DNA of 39,721 nt, from sequence record SRR20825019_150; one strand, written 5' to 3'. Position numbers and translations under genes: made by a program. Of this stretch, positions 9,361 through 17,666 are shown piece by piece. The number at the start of each line of letters is the position of its first letter. Position 1 is the first letter of the stretch. The notes below the pieces were generated by a model. That model was not told where the DNA came from and searched no databases. It saw only the letters and a list, made by a program, of their open reading frames with translations.

Positions 9361-10875
9361 ATGCAGGTCGGCGATACAAGGTTTATTTCATACTCAAGTG
9401 CTGTGCATTACGGCGAAGCGGGCGACCAGGCCAGCTTCAAAGGCAAGCGAGCGATTAACCAACTACTGTGGGGCGACTACGCCAGAGTGCTGGAGGTTGA
9501 CGGCAGTTGGGTCAAGGTTCGCGCGCGAGGACGGAATGGCTGGCTGAGGCGAGAAAACCTGCAGGAAAACCGGATACTCGAGGTAAATTTTGTAGATATC
9601 GGCCAAGGCGACGGCTGCCATATCCAGACCCCCGACGACAAGGCTATCGTGATCGACGCTGGCGAGGGGGATAATATGTACCGCTTCCTGCGGTGGCGAT
9701 TTGGGCGCTTCTCCCACCCTTTCACATTTGAAAGCTTTGTGATCAGCCACCCGGATAGTGACCATTATTATGGCTTCAGGCCATTGTTTGAGGAACCCAA
9801 TGTTCGGGTGGATACGGTGTTCCATAACGGCCTTGTGGAACAGAAACAGGCGGGCAAAAAGACCTTGGGAGACGAAGTTAAAATTGGCCGCACTCGCTAT
9901 ATTACCGGGTTGGTACGCACCAAGGATGAGCTGAAGGCGATCACTGATGACGATGAGCGCCGGGGAAGCTATTGGTATCCCAATATGCTCAAAACTGCGG
10001 TAGATTCCGGCCGCGTGACTGATATTCGGGGTGCGTTTGCCCCAACGGACTGGCAAGCCAAGGCCTATCTGCCGGGATATGCCCCGGCGGATAATCGTGG
10101 TTTGACACTTCAGCTTCTAGGCCCTGTTCCTGCGGATCTGGCGGGCGAGCATGGTGTACCGTGGCTGGGTTCTGCGGGAGAGACGAAAAACGGGCATTCG
10201 GTGGTGCTGTTGCTTGAAATCGGTGGCATCAAGATGTTGCTCGGCGGGGATTTGAACGAACCCTCGCAGGAATATCTTCTGGAGCATTACACAGGCTTGA
10301 GTGCGCACCCCAAATCGGTTGATGATGAAAAACTGTTGGTAGACGAGGCGCGTAAGACATTCGAGGTCGATATTGCAAAGGCCTGCCATCACGGCAGCGC
10401 ACATGTCTCCCCGCATTTCCTGATGGCCACCAACCCGCTCGCGACGGTGATATCATCAGGTGACGCTGAGCCCCATTCCCATCCGCGCCCGGATACACTG
10501 GGGTTGATCGGTAAGCACAGCAGGGGTGCAAGGCCGCTTATCTTCTCAACCGAGTTGGCACGGTCAGGCAACGAGCATATCAAACACCCCAACCTTGTCC
10601 GGCGTGAATTGCGTGCGAATATGGAAGCGGAACTTGCTATCATTAATGACGCTCAATCGACTGACCTGCAAAAAAGCAAGGCGGAAGAAAGACTTGAGAA
10701 GCACCTGTCGGTGATCCAGCGCTCTGTCGCCAACTACGGCATGATCAATGTGCTGACCGATGGCACCAGGCTTATCGTGGCCCAGCGGCTTGAGCAGGAA
10801 CGCTCAAAGTCCAAGCGTTGGGACATCTATCATTTTGAGCCCGATAGCCACGGCAGGCTGACATTTGTGCCTTAG
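9361..10875 (+). CDS. Stand-alone ComEC/Rec2-type metallo-beta-lactamase-fold hydrolase with an N-terminal SH3-like domain (~504 aa)
   Basis: SH3b-like QLLWGDYARVLEVDGSWVKVRARGRNGWL. MBL motifs FVDIGQGD, IVIDAG, SHPDSDH, NGHSVVL, LLGGD, KACHHGS and VISSG...HSHP. Start chosen at ATG 9361, 6 nt after GAGGGGG (the ORF is open from 9328). Confidence 0.85.
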   Translation: MQVGDTRFISYSSAVHYGEAGDQASFKGKRAINQLLWGDYARVLEVDGSWVKVRARGRNGWLRRENLQENRILEVNFVDIGQGDGCHIQTPDDKAIVIDAGEGDNMYRFLRWRFGRFSHPFTFESFVISHPDSDHYYGFRPLFEEPNVRVDTVFHNGLVEQKQAGKKTLGDEVKIGRTRYITGLVRTKDELKAITDDDERRGSYWYPNMLKTAVDSGRVTDIRGAFAPTDWQAKAYLPGYAPADNRGLTLQLLGPVPADLAGEHGVPWLGSAGETKNGHSVVLLLEIGGIKMLLGGDLNEPSQEYLLEHYTGLSAHPKSVDDEKLLVDEARKTFEVDIAKACHHGSAHVSPHFLMATNPLATVISSGDAEPHSHPRPDTLGLIGKHSRGARPLIFSTELARSGNEHIKHPNLVRRELRANMEAELAIINDAQSTDLQKSKAEERLEKHLSVIQRSVANYGMINVLTDGTRLIVAQRLEQERSKSKRWDIYHFEPDSHGRLTFVP

Positions 10876-10880
10876 GGTGC

Positions 10881-11819
10881 TTAACTTACAAACTCGTTAT
10901 CACTAAAGCCTTGATAATAAAGAAGAGTTGTCAGGTCGCCAAAACGCACAGCCGCTGCGGCCGCTGCCTGGGTTTTGGGTTTGGCGTGATAGGCTACACC
11001 TAGGCCCGCCGCCTCAATCATCGGGATATCATTGGCGCCGTCCCCAACCGCGAGAATATCACGGGTCTCAATGCCTAATTTATCCCTATATTCCAACAGG
11101 GTATCAAGTTTGGTCTGCGCGCCACAAATCGGATGCTGCACGGTGCCTGAAAGCGCGTCACCATTAAACTCAAGCACGTTGGCGCGGTGCACATCAAAAC
11201 CGATGGCTGCGGCCACACGCTCAGTGAAATAGGTGAACCCACCCGAAACCAGCACCGCCTGTGCACCGTGTTTTTTCATGGTCTGAACAAGAATACGTGC
11301 GCCGCCCATAAGGGAAATACGTTCGTTGTAACAACGCTCTAGCGCATCTCGGCTCAAACCTTTCAGAAGCGCCACACGTTCCGTCAGCGCACCTTCAAAG
11401 TCCAGTTCTCCGCGCATCGCAGCTTCGGTGATTGCGGCCACTTTGTCCTTGAGGCCTATAAAATCAGCCAGTTCGTCAATGCATTCCACCGTGATCATGG
11501 TAGAATCCATGTCCGCCAAAATAAGGCGTTTTTTCCGGTATTTTTCTGAACCAAGGCACCAGTCGAGGCCGGAAATACTATTAAGGGGGGGCGAAAGTGT
11601 GCGCGTAAATGTGGCGAGTGTGGCGCGATTTGTGGCGGATTCTGTGGCCTCACTTGTGGCATCCGCTGCGGCGACTTTATATATAAGGTCTGCAGCCTTG
11701 GCTTCGCTCAGGATGCGAATGTCTGGCTCGTGCCCATTCAGATCACGAACCTGCGCGATGATCTTTTCAAGCGAGAATGAACAGCCGGGGTTGACGACAA
11801 GGGTCAAAGCGATATCCAT
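10881..11819 (-). CDS. serB: Phosphoserine phosphatase SerB
   Basis: HAD motifs LILADMDSTMITVECIDELA, ITEAAMRGELDF, LVSGGF and AVGDGANDIPM. Start MDIALTLV at 11819. Confidence 0.96.
   Translation of the reverse strand: MDIALTLVVNPGCSFSLEKIIAQVRDLNGHEPDIRILSEAKAADLIYKVAAADATSEATESATNRATLATFTRTLSPPLNSISGLDWCLGSEKYRKKRLILADMDSTMITVECIDELADFIGLKDKVAAITEAAMRGELDFEGALTERVALLKGLSRDALERCYNERISLMGGARILVQTMKKHGAQAVLVSGGFTYFTERVAAAIGFDVHRANVLEFNGDALSGTVQHPICGAQTKLDTLLEYRDKLGIETRDILAVGDGANDIPMIEAAGLGVAYHAKPKTQAAAAAAVRFGDLTTLLYYQGFSDNEFVS
11610..11672. repeat. Degenerate 12-nt-period repeat inside serB (TGTGGC core)
   Basis: TGTGGC at 11610, 11619, 11631, 11643 and 11655, and TGCGGC at 11667. On the minus strand it encodes AA-AD-AT-SE-AT-ES-AT-NR-AT-L-AT. 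Confidence 0.7.
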
Positions 11820-11850
11820 GGGGGGATGTCCTTCAATTGGCGAGGTTGCC

Positions 11851-12795
11851 TTGAAACGAGCCCTTTTTATTGCAGGTCCGACCGCAAGCGGCAAGTCGGC
11901 ATTGTCACTTCGTCTCGCAGAAGATCTTAACGGTGTGATAATTAATGCTGATAGCATGCAGGTCTATAAGGGCCTGCGCGTTATTACAGCACGCCCGAGC
12001 GCGGAGGAGGAAGCCAGGGCGCCCCACCGGCTGTATGGCTTCCTCGACGGCGCTGAGGTCTGCTCAGCCGCATTTTGGGCCGAACGCGCGATGGAAGAGA
12101 TCACCAAAGCGTGGGAGCAGGACCAAACCCCGATCGTGATCGGCGGCACCGGCATGTATTTCAAGGTGCTGTTGAGCGGTATCGCCGTAATCCCTGATAT
12201 CCCGGACGATATCCGCGCATCCGTGCGGCATCGCTGCGCCAGTGAGGGCAGTGACGTGCTGCACACTGAGCTGATGGCCCTTGATGAGGTAACTGCCACC
12301 CGCCTCGCGCCTGGTGACAGCCAGCGCATATGCCGCGCGCTTGAAGTAGTAAAGGCGACCGGTAGACCCATCAGCGCATGGCAGGCGGATACCAAACCCG
12401 GCCCCATGCAGCGCTATGATGAAGACGGCGCGCTCACCAAGCTTGTGCTCGACCCACCACGGGACGTTTTATACGACCGCTGTAATCAGCGGTTTGACAT
12501 CATGCTGGATGAAGGCGCGATGGATGAAGTGCAGGCGCTGATGGCGCGGAACCTTGAACAGAGCCTGCCGGTGATGCGTTCGCTTGGTGTGCCGCAGCTG
12601 ATGGGCTACCTGAAAGGTGAACTGCCGCTTGAGGACGCGGTGGAGGACGCCAAGATGCAAACCCGACGTTTTGCCAAGCGCCAGCTCACGTGGTTCCGCA
12701 ACCAGTTTGCAGACTGGGAAAGGTTACCTGCGCAACTTTCGGAAAGTGAATACCAGCAATTTTTGAATAAAAAGATCAAAAAAGCCGTTGACTGA
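11851..12795 (+). CDS. miaA: tRNA dimethylallyltransferase
   Basis: IAGPTASGKS, IINADSMQVY, ITARP, PHRLYG, GGTGMYF, DSQRICRALEV and TRRFAKRQLTWFRNQ. TTG start after GAGG (ATG 11818 is an alternative). Confidence 0.96.
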   Translation: MKRALFIAGPTASGKSALSLRLAEDLNGVIINADSMQVYKGLRVITARPSAEEEARAPHRLYGFLDGAEVCSAAFWAERAMEEITKAWEQDQTPIVIGGTGMYFKVLLSGIAVIPDIPDDIRASVRHRCASEGSDVLHTELMALDEVTATRLAPGDSQRICRALEVVKATGRPISAWQADTKPGPMQRYDEDGALTKLVLDPPRDVLYDRCNQRFDIMLDEGAMDEVQALMARNLEQSLPVMRSLGVPQLMGYLKGELPLEDAVEDAKMQTRRFAKRQLTWFRNQFADWERLPAQLSESEYQQFLNKKIKKAVD

Positions 12796-12816
12796 GTAAT
12801 TTTCATACCATAAAAA
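12788..12816 (+). promoter_or_regulatory. Putative sigma70 promoter of ilvBNC
   Basis: TTGACT (12788-12793), 17 bp, TAAAAA (12811-12816), overlapping the miaA stop. It implies a ~250-nt 5' leader. Confidence 0.6.
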
Positions 12817-12822
12817 GTCCAC

Positions 12823-13074
12823 ATCGGCACCAAGCCAGCCCAGGTGTCGGTAGCGGAATCCTCTGCCCAAGAGGGTTCTAACTGTGACGAGACCCACCCC
12901 CTGGGGGCGCTCAACGAGCGCCCCCAACTACTATAAAAGGGGTGTGGGCGCTCAACGAGCGCCCCCAACTATTATAAAGGGGGCAAAATGGTATGCGGGA
13001 AGGCACACCGGCGTCACAGCGAATAAGGGCAGGCGAAAAGACGATTATGGGACAACGGTCAAACGGATAGAACA
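12823..13074 (+). promoter_or_regulatory. Structured 5' leader of ilvB (candidate cis-regulatory RNA)
   Basis: Hairpins 12823-31/12843-51 and 12856-63/12871-78, an 8-bp long-range stem CTGTGACG 12882-89 / CGTCACAG 13012-19, and two GC hairpins in the duplicated unit. Confidence 0.55.
12902..12983. repeat. 41-nt tandem duplication containing a GC palindrome; resembles a GTAG-tagged REP
   Basis: 12902-12942 and 12943-12983 match at 38 of 41 positions. Core GGG(GG)CGCTC-AAC-GAGCGCCCCC. The minus strand of copy 1 reads GTAG-TT-GGGGGCGCTC-GTT-GAGCGCCCCC. Confidence 0.85.
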
Positions 13075-14883
13075 ATGACGGTAACAAAGACCAAACCAAA
13101 AGCTGACGAAGCGAACATTAAGGCAAATGACGCCCCAGAGATGAGCGGCGCACAGATGATCCTGAGAGCGCTAACGGAGCTAGGTGTGGAAGTCGTCTTT
13201 GGCTACCCCGGCGGTGCTGTGCTGCCCATCTATGACGAGATTTTCAAGCAAAGCGACATCAAGCATATCCTTGTACGCCACGAGCAGGGCGCGACCCACG
13301 CGGCGGAAGGCTATGCGCGCGCAACCGGCAAGCCCGGTGTTGTCCTTGTGACCTCAGGCCCCGGCGCCACCAATGCGGTGACGGGCCTTACGGACGCGAT
13401 GCTCGACAGTATCCCGATCATTTGCCTCACAGGGCAGGTGGCCCGCCACCTGATCGGAAACGATGCCTTCCAGGAAGCAGACACGATTGGTATCACGCGG
13501 CCCTGCACCAAACATAACTATCTGGTGAAGGAAACCGAGCACCTGCCGGATGTGATTTATGAAGCCTTTTATGTTGCCACCAATGGCCGTCCCGGCCCGG
13601 TGGTGATTGACCTGCCAAAAGATGTGCAGATCGAGAAAGGCCAATACAAGCGCTCCGGTCACCGGGAGCACCGCACCTATCGCCCGCAGGTTGATGGCGA
13701 CGATGCGGCACTCAGGAACGCAGCCCGCGCATTCTCGAGCGCTGAACGCCCGATCATTTATTCCGGCGGCGGCATCATCAATGCGGGACCAGAAGCTTCT
13801 GAACTCTTGACAGAATTTGCCCGCCTCACCGGCGCGCCAGTAACCAATACACTGATGGGTCTTGGTGCTTATCCGGCAAGCGATGACCAGTTCCTTGGTA
13901 TGCTGGGCATGCACGGCACATGGGAAGCCAACCACGCCATGCATGACTGTGATGTGATGCTGGCCATTGGCGCACGCTTTGATGACCGCGTAACAGGCCG
14001 GATTGACGGTTTTTCACCGGATTCAACGAAAATTCAGGTGGATATTGATCTTTCCTCCATCAATAAAAACGTGCCGGTTGATATACCGGTGATCGCGGAT
14101 GCAGGTCGTGCGCTCAAGCGTTTCATTGAAATCTGGAAAGAAGAGAACCTCGGCGAAACCCAGCCCAAGCTGACACCGTGGTGGGACCAGATCAACACCT
14201 GGCGCACCAAGAAATGCCTGAGTTATACGGATTCAGATACCGAGATCATGCCACAAAAGGCGCTGGAGCGCCTCGCACACTTCACCAAAGGCAAAGACGC
14301 CATCATCTCCACTGAAGTGGGCCAGCACCAGATGTGGGCCGCCCAGTTCCTTGGTTTTGACCGGCCAAACCGCTGGTTGACCTCAGGTGGCCTTGGCACC
14401 ATGGGCTACGGCCTGCCAGCCGCCATTGGTGCCCAGATCGCGCATCCTGGCCGTTTGTGCATTGATGTGTCTGGTGAAGCATCGTTCCAGATGAACATGC
14501 AGGAACTTGGCACCATCGCGCAGTATAATCTGCCGGTTAAAATCTTCATCATGAATAACGAATATATGGGCATGGTTCGCCAGTGGCAGGACCTCTCATA
14601 CGATGGTCGGCGGTCTGAAAGCTATTCGGAAAGTCTGCCGGATTTTGTCATGCTTGCCGAAGCGTACGGCATCAAGGGTATCTCGGTAGAAGATCCGGCC
14701 AAGCTGGATGACGCTATTCAGGAGATGCTGGATCACGATGGTCCTGTACTGATGGACTGCCGGATCGCCAAGCTCGAGAATTGTTTCCCAATGGTGCCAG
14801 CGGGTGCGGCCCATAACCAGATGCTGCTAGCAGGGGATGTGATCGATAAACCGAAAAACGATGAAGCCTTGGCTGTCGTTTAA
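13075..14883 (+). CDS. ilvB: Acetolactate synthase large (catalytic) subunit (ilvB/ilvI)
   Basis: VFGYPGGAVLPIYD, RHEQGA, TSGPGATN, DAFQEAD, GMLGMHG, GARFDDRVTG, GQHQMW, SGGLGTMGYG and GMVRQWQ. Confidence 0.97.
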   Translation: MTVTKTKPKADEANIKANDAPEMSGAQMILRALTELGVEVVFGYPGGAVLPIYDEIFKQSDIKHILVRHEQGATHAAEGYARATGKPGVVLVTSGPGATNAVTGLTDAMLDSIPIICLTGQVARHLIGNDAFQEADTIGITRPCTKHNYLVKETEHLPDVIYEAFYVATNGRPGPVVIDLPKDVQIEKGQYKRSGHREHRTYRPQVDGDDAALRNAARAFSSAERPIIYSGGGIINAGPEASELLTEFARLTGAPVTNTLMGLGAYPASDDQFLGMLGMHGTWEANHAMHDCDVMLAIGARFDDRVTGRIDGFSPDSTKIQVDIDLSSINKNVPVDIPVIADAGRALKRFIEIWKEENLGETQPKLTPWWDQINTWRTKKCLSYTDSDTEIMPQKALERLAHFTKGKDAIISTEVGQHQMWAAQFLGFDRPNRWLTSGGLGTMGYGLPAAIGAQIAHPGRLCIDVSGEASFQMNMQELGTIAQYNLPVKIFIMNNEYMGMVRQWQDLSYDGRRSESYSESLPDFVMLAEAYGIKGISVEDPAKLDDAIQEMLDHDGPVLMDCRIAKLENCFPMVPAGAAHNQMLLAGDVIDKPKNDEALAVV

Positions 14884-14938
14884 AGTGGCTCATCACCGAA
14901 TTGATGTTTACCCTTGCAAGCGGAAAGATAACTAGCAG

Positions 14939-15463
14939 ATGGACGGCTCCATGAAAGAGATTGGCCCAATCGCCCGCCATACAATCAGCGTGATCGTTGA
15001 TAACGAAGCGGGTGTTCTTGCACGTGTAACCGGCCTGTTTTCAGGCCGCGGCTACAATATTGAAAGCCTGACAGTGGCAGAGGTTGACCATACGGGCGAA
15101 CGGTCACGTATCACCGTCGTCACCTCGGGCACCCGTATGGTGATCGAGCAGATCAAAGCGCAGCTTGACCGACTGGTGCCTGTGCACAAAGTGGGTGACC
15201 TGACCATGGAAGGTGCCCATGTGGTGCGTGACATGGCGTTGGTGAAAGTAACAGGCACCGGCGAAAAGCGCGTTGAAGCGCTCAGGCTTGCGGATACCTT
15301 TCGCGCCCGCGCGGTGGATGCGTCTGTAAACAGTTTTATTTTTGAGCTCACCGGCTCAGCCGAGAAGATCGACGCTTTTGTTGAGCTAATGGCTGATCTG
15401 GGCCTTGTTGAAGTGGCACGCACGGGCGCGGTTGCGCTCTCGCGCGGGCCAGACGGCCTTTAG
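14939..15463 (+). CDS. ilvN: Acetolactate synthase small (regulatory) subunit (ilvN/ilvH)
   Basis: ACT domain ISVIVDNEAGVLARVTGLFSGRGYNIESLTV, plus EQIKAQLDRLV and EVARTG. Start may be 14951. Confidence 0.96.
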   Translation: MDGSMKEIGPIARHTISVIVDNEAGVLARVTGLFSGRGYNIESLTVAEVDHTGERSRITVVTSGTRMVIEQIKAQLDRLVPVHKVGDLTMEGAHVVRDMALVKVTGTGEKRVEALRLADTFRARAVDASVNSFIFELTGSAEKIDAFVELMADLGLVEVARTGAVALSRGPDGL

Positions 15464-15472
15464 GCAACCGCT

Positions 15473-15565
15473 TTCCTGTCACTCCCGTCTTCGCGGCCAA
15501 TGACAGGAATAGGGGTTGAAATGGATTCCCTTCCCTCGGCCCATCGGCCTCGCCGGGAATGACGG
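15473..15565. repeat. Palindromic intergenic elements resembling CGTC-tagged REPs
   Basis: Minus strand 15564-15521 reads CGTC-ATTCCC-GGCGA-GGCC-GATG-GGCC-GAGGGAA-GGGAAT-CCAT. Upstream is a related 9-bp inverted repeat TTCCTGTCA (15473-81) / TGACAGGAA (15501-09). Confidence 0.65.
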
Positions 15566-15637
15566 AAAAGAATACCGCAGGGTCCGCCCTGTGGACCTTG
15601 GAAATATTTTGACGGGCGTGGCCCACCAAAAGGATAG

Positions 15638-16663
<1,026 letters not shown>

Positions 16664-16698
16664 GTCCCCCTTAGACCCTCTTGCACCAAGAGGCTTAC

Positions 16699-16731
16699 GG
16701 GCGATCCCTTTGGTGGGGTCGCCCCTTTTTT
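16699..16731 (+). terminator. Rho-independent terminator after ilvC
   Basis: GGGCGATCCC-TTTGGT-GGGGTCGCCC, then C and TTTTTT. It is preceded by a small hairpin CCTCTTG-CAC-CAAGAGG. Confidence 0.85.
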
Positions 16732-16767
16732 ATTGGCTGAACAGATTGTTACGCCTAAGGTGCTGCT

Positions 16768-17331
16768 ATGACTGAGATTTTGCCCATAGAGACCGAGCGT
16801 TTGATCATCCGCGCATTTCGTGTTGACGATGCGACAGCATTTCATGGCTGGCGGAATGACGCCGAGGTAGCGCGGCTCACGCTGTGGGACTATCCGTACC
16901 CGATGGAGCACGCGGTGGCCTTCTGCCGCAGGATGGCCATCACTACACCATTCCCTGAGGGCGAATATTATCAGCTGATGATTGAAGAGAAGGCGAGCGG
17001 GCAGGCGGTTGGTGATATCGGCATTGGTAGTGGCTTACCAACAAAAGGCGCCATTCGTATCGGCTACAGCCTGAGCACGGGCGCACAAGGCAAGGGTTAT
17101 ATGACCGAAGCGCTGGAAGCCCTGTTGCCCGCCCTTATTGAGCCGTTGAGGCTTGAGCGGTTCACCGCCGATATTGATGCGCGCAACCCGGCCTCAGGTC
17201 GTGTGCTCGAGCGTCTTGGTTTCAAGGCGGGCCCAGTGCATGAGAAGCGCACCTTCGTGAAAGGCGAGTGGTGTGACGAGATTGACTATGAAGTCAGCGC
17301 AGAAGGGCTGTTGGCTGCGGTTTCAAAGTGA
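16768..17331 (+). CDS. GNAT family N-acetyltransferase (RimJ/RimL-like)
   Basis: PIETERLIIRAF..DD, VGDIG, IGYSL...AQGKGYMTEAL, N.AS.RVLERLGF and KGEWCD. Confidence 0.9.
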   Translation: MTEILPIETERLIIRAFRVDDATAFHGWRNDAEVARLTLWDYPYPMEHAVAFCRRMAITTPFPEGEYYQLMIEEKASGQAVGDIGIGSGLPTKGAIRIGYSLSTGAQGKGYMTEALEALLPALIEPLRLERFTADIDARNPASGRVLERLGFKAGPVHEKRTFVKGEWCDEIDYEVSAEGLLAAVSK

Positions 17332-17397
17332 TTGCGGGTCGATTTCAAGTTAGTTTCACTTGTGACTTTTTGTAATAAAATTTCTCAAACTTCCGCC

Positions 17398-17425
17398 TTG
17401 CGAAAAGAAAATAATCTGCTAATCC
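17398..17425 (+). promoter_or_regulatory. Putative promoter of the leuA leader
   Basis: TTGCGA, 16 bp, TAATCC, with an extended -10 TG and an AT-rich upstream region. Confidence 0.4.
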
Positions 17426-17462
17426 TTGGTTCTTGATAGAAACACAAAGGAATTGGCGGCGG

Positions 17463-17618
17463 ATGAGGCCAAATCAGCCCTATAAACCAAGAGCAAAAGC
17501 GGTTGCACGCACCTTGCGGGCAACGGATATTTTGCATGCACGGTTTGTGGCGCTTGGGGCCGGTACGCTATTCCTTGCTCTTCTACTATTTTCGGCAGGC
17601 CGACTTACCGGCCCTTGA
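17463..17618 (+). CDS. Putative leuA leader peptide (51 aa) with a Leu cluster
   Basis: MRPNQ...GT-LFLALLL-FSAGRLTGP*. Codons CTA TTC CTT GCT CTT CTA CTA at 17568-17588. The stop lies in the 5' arm of the downstream hairpin. Confidence 0.65.
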   Translation: MRPNQPYKPRAKAVARTLRATDILHARFVALGAGTLFLALLLFSAGRLTGP

Positions 17619-17666
17619 GCATCGCGGCAGACGGCGCATTGGCGCACCGATGCTTAAGGGTAATGC
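17612..17666 (+). promoter_or_regulatory. leuA attenuator-like RNA structure without a U-tract
   Basis: 13-bp stem CCCTTGAGCATCG (17612-24) / CGATGCTTAAGGG (17648-60) with one G-U pair. Loop GCATTG (17636-41) is complementary to downstream TAATGC (17661-66). Confidence 0.65.

Noticed and set aside
11428..11850. 141-aa N-terminal extension of MiaA in the ORF track
   Set aside because: It is the antisense shadow of serB. MiaA homology starts at the P-loop region (LFIAGPTASGKS), just after 11851.
12902..12983. Mini-CRISPR array
   Set aside because: Only two directly abutting copies, no unique spacers, and no cas genes in the window.
12823..13074. Retron msr-msd or other reverse-transcriptase-associated ncRNA
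   Set aside because: There is a long-range inverted repeat, but no reverse transcriptase is encoded anywhere in the window and the downstream gene is ilvB.
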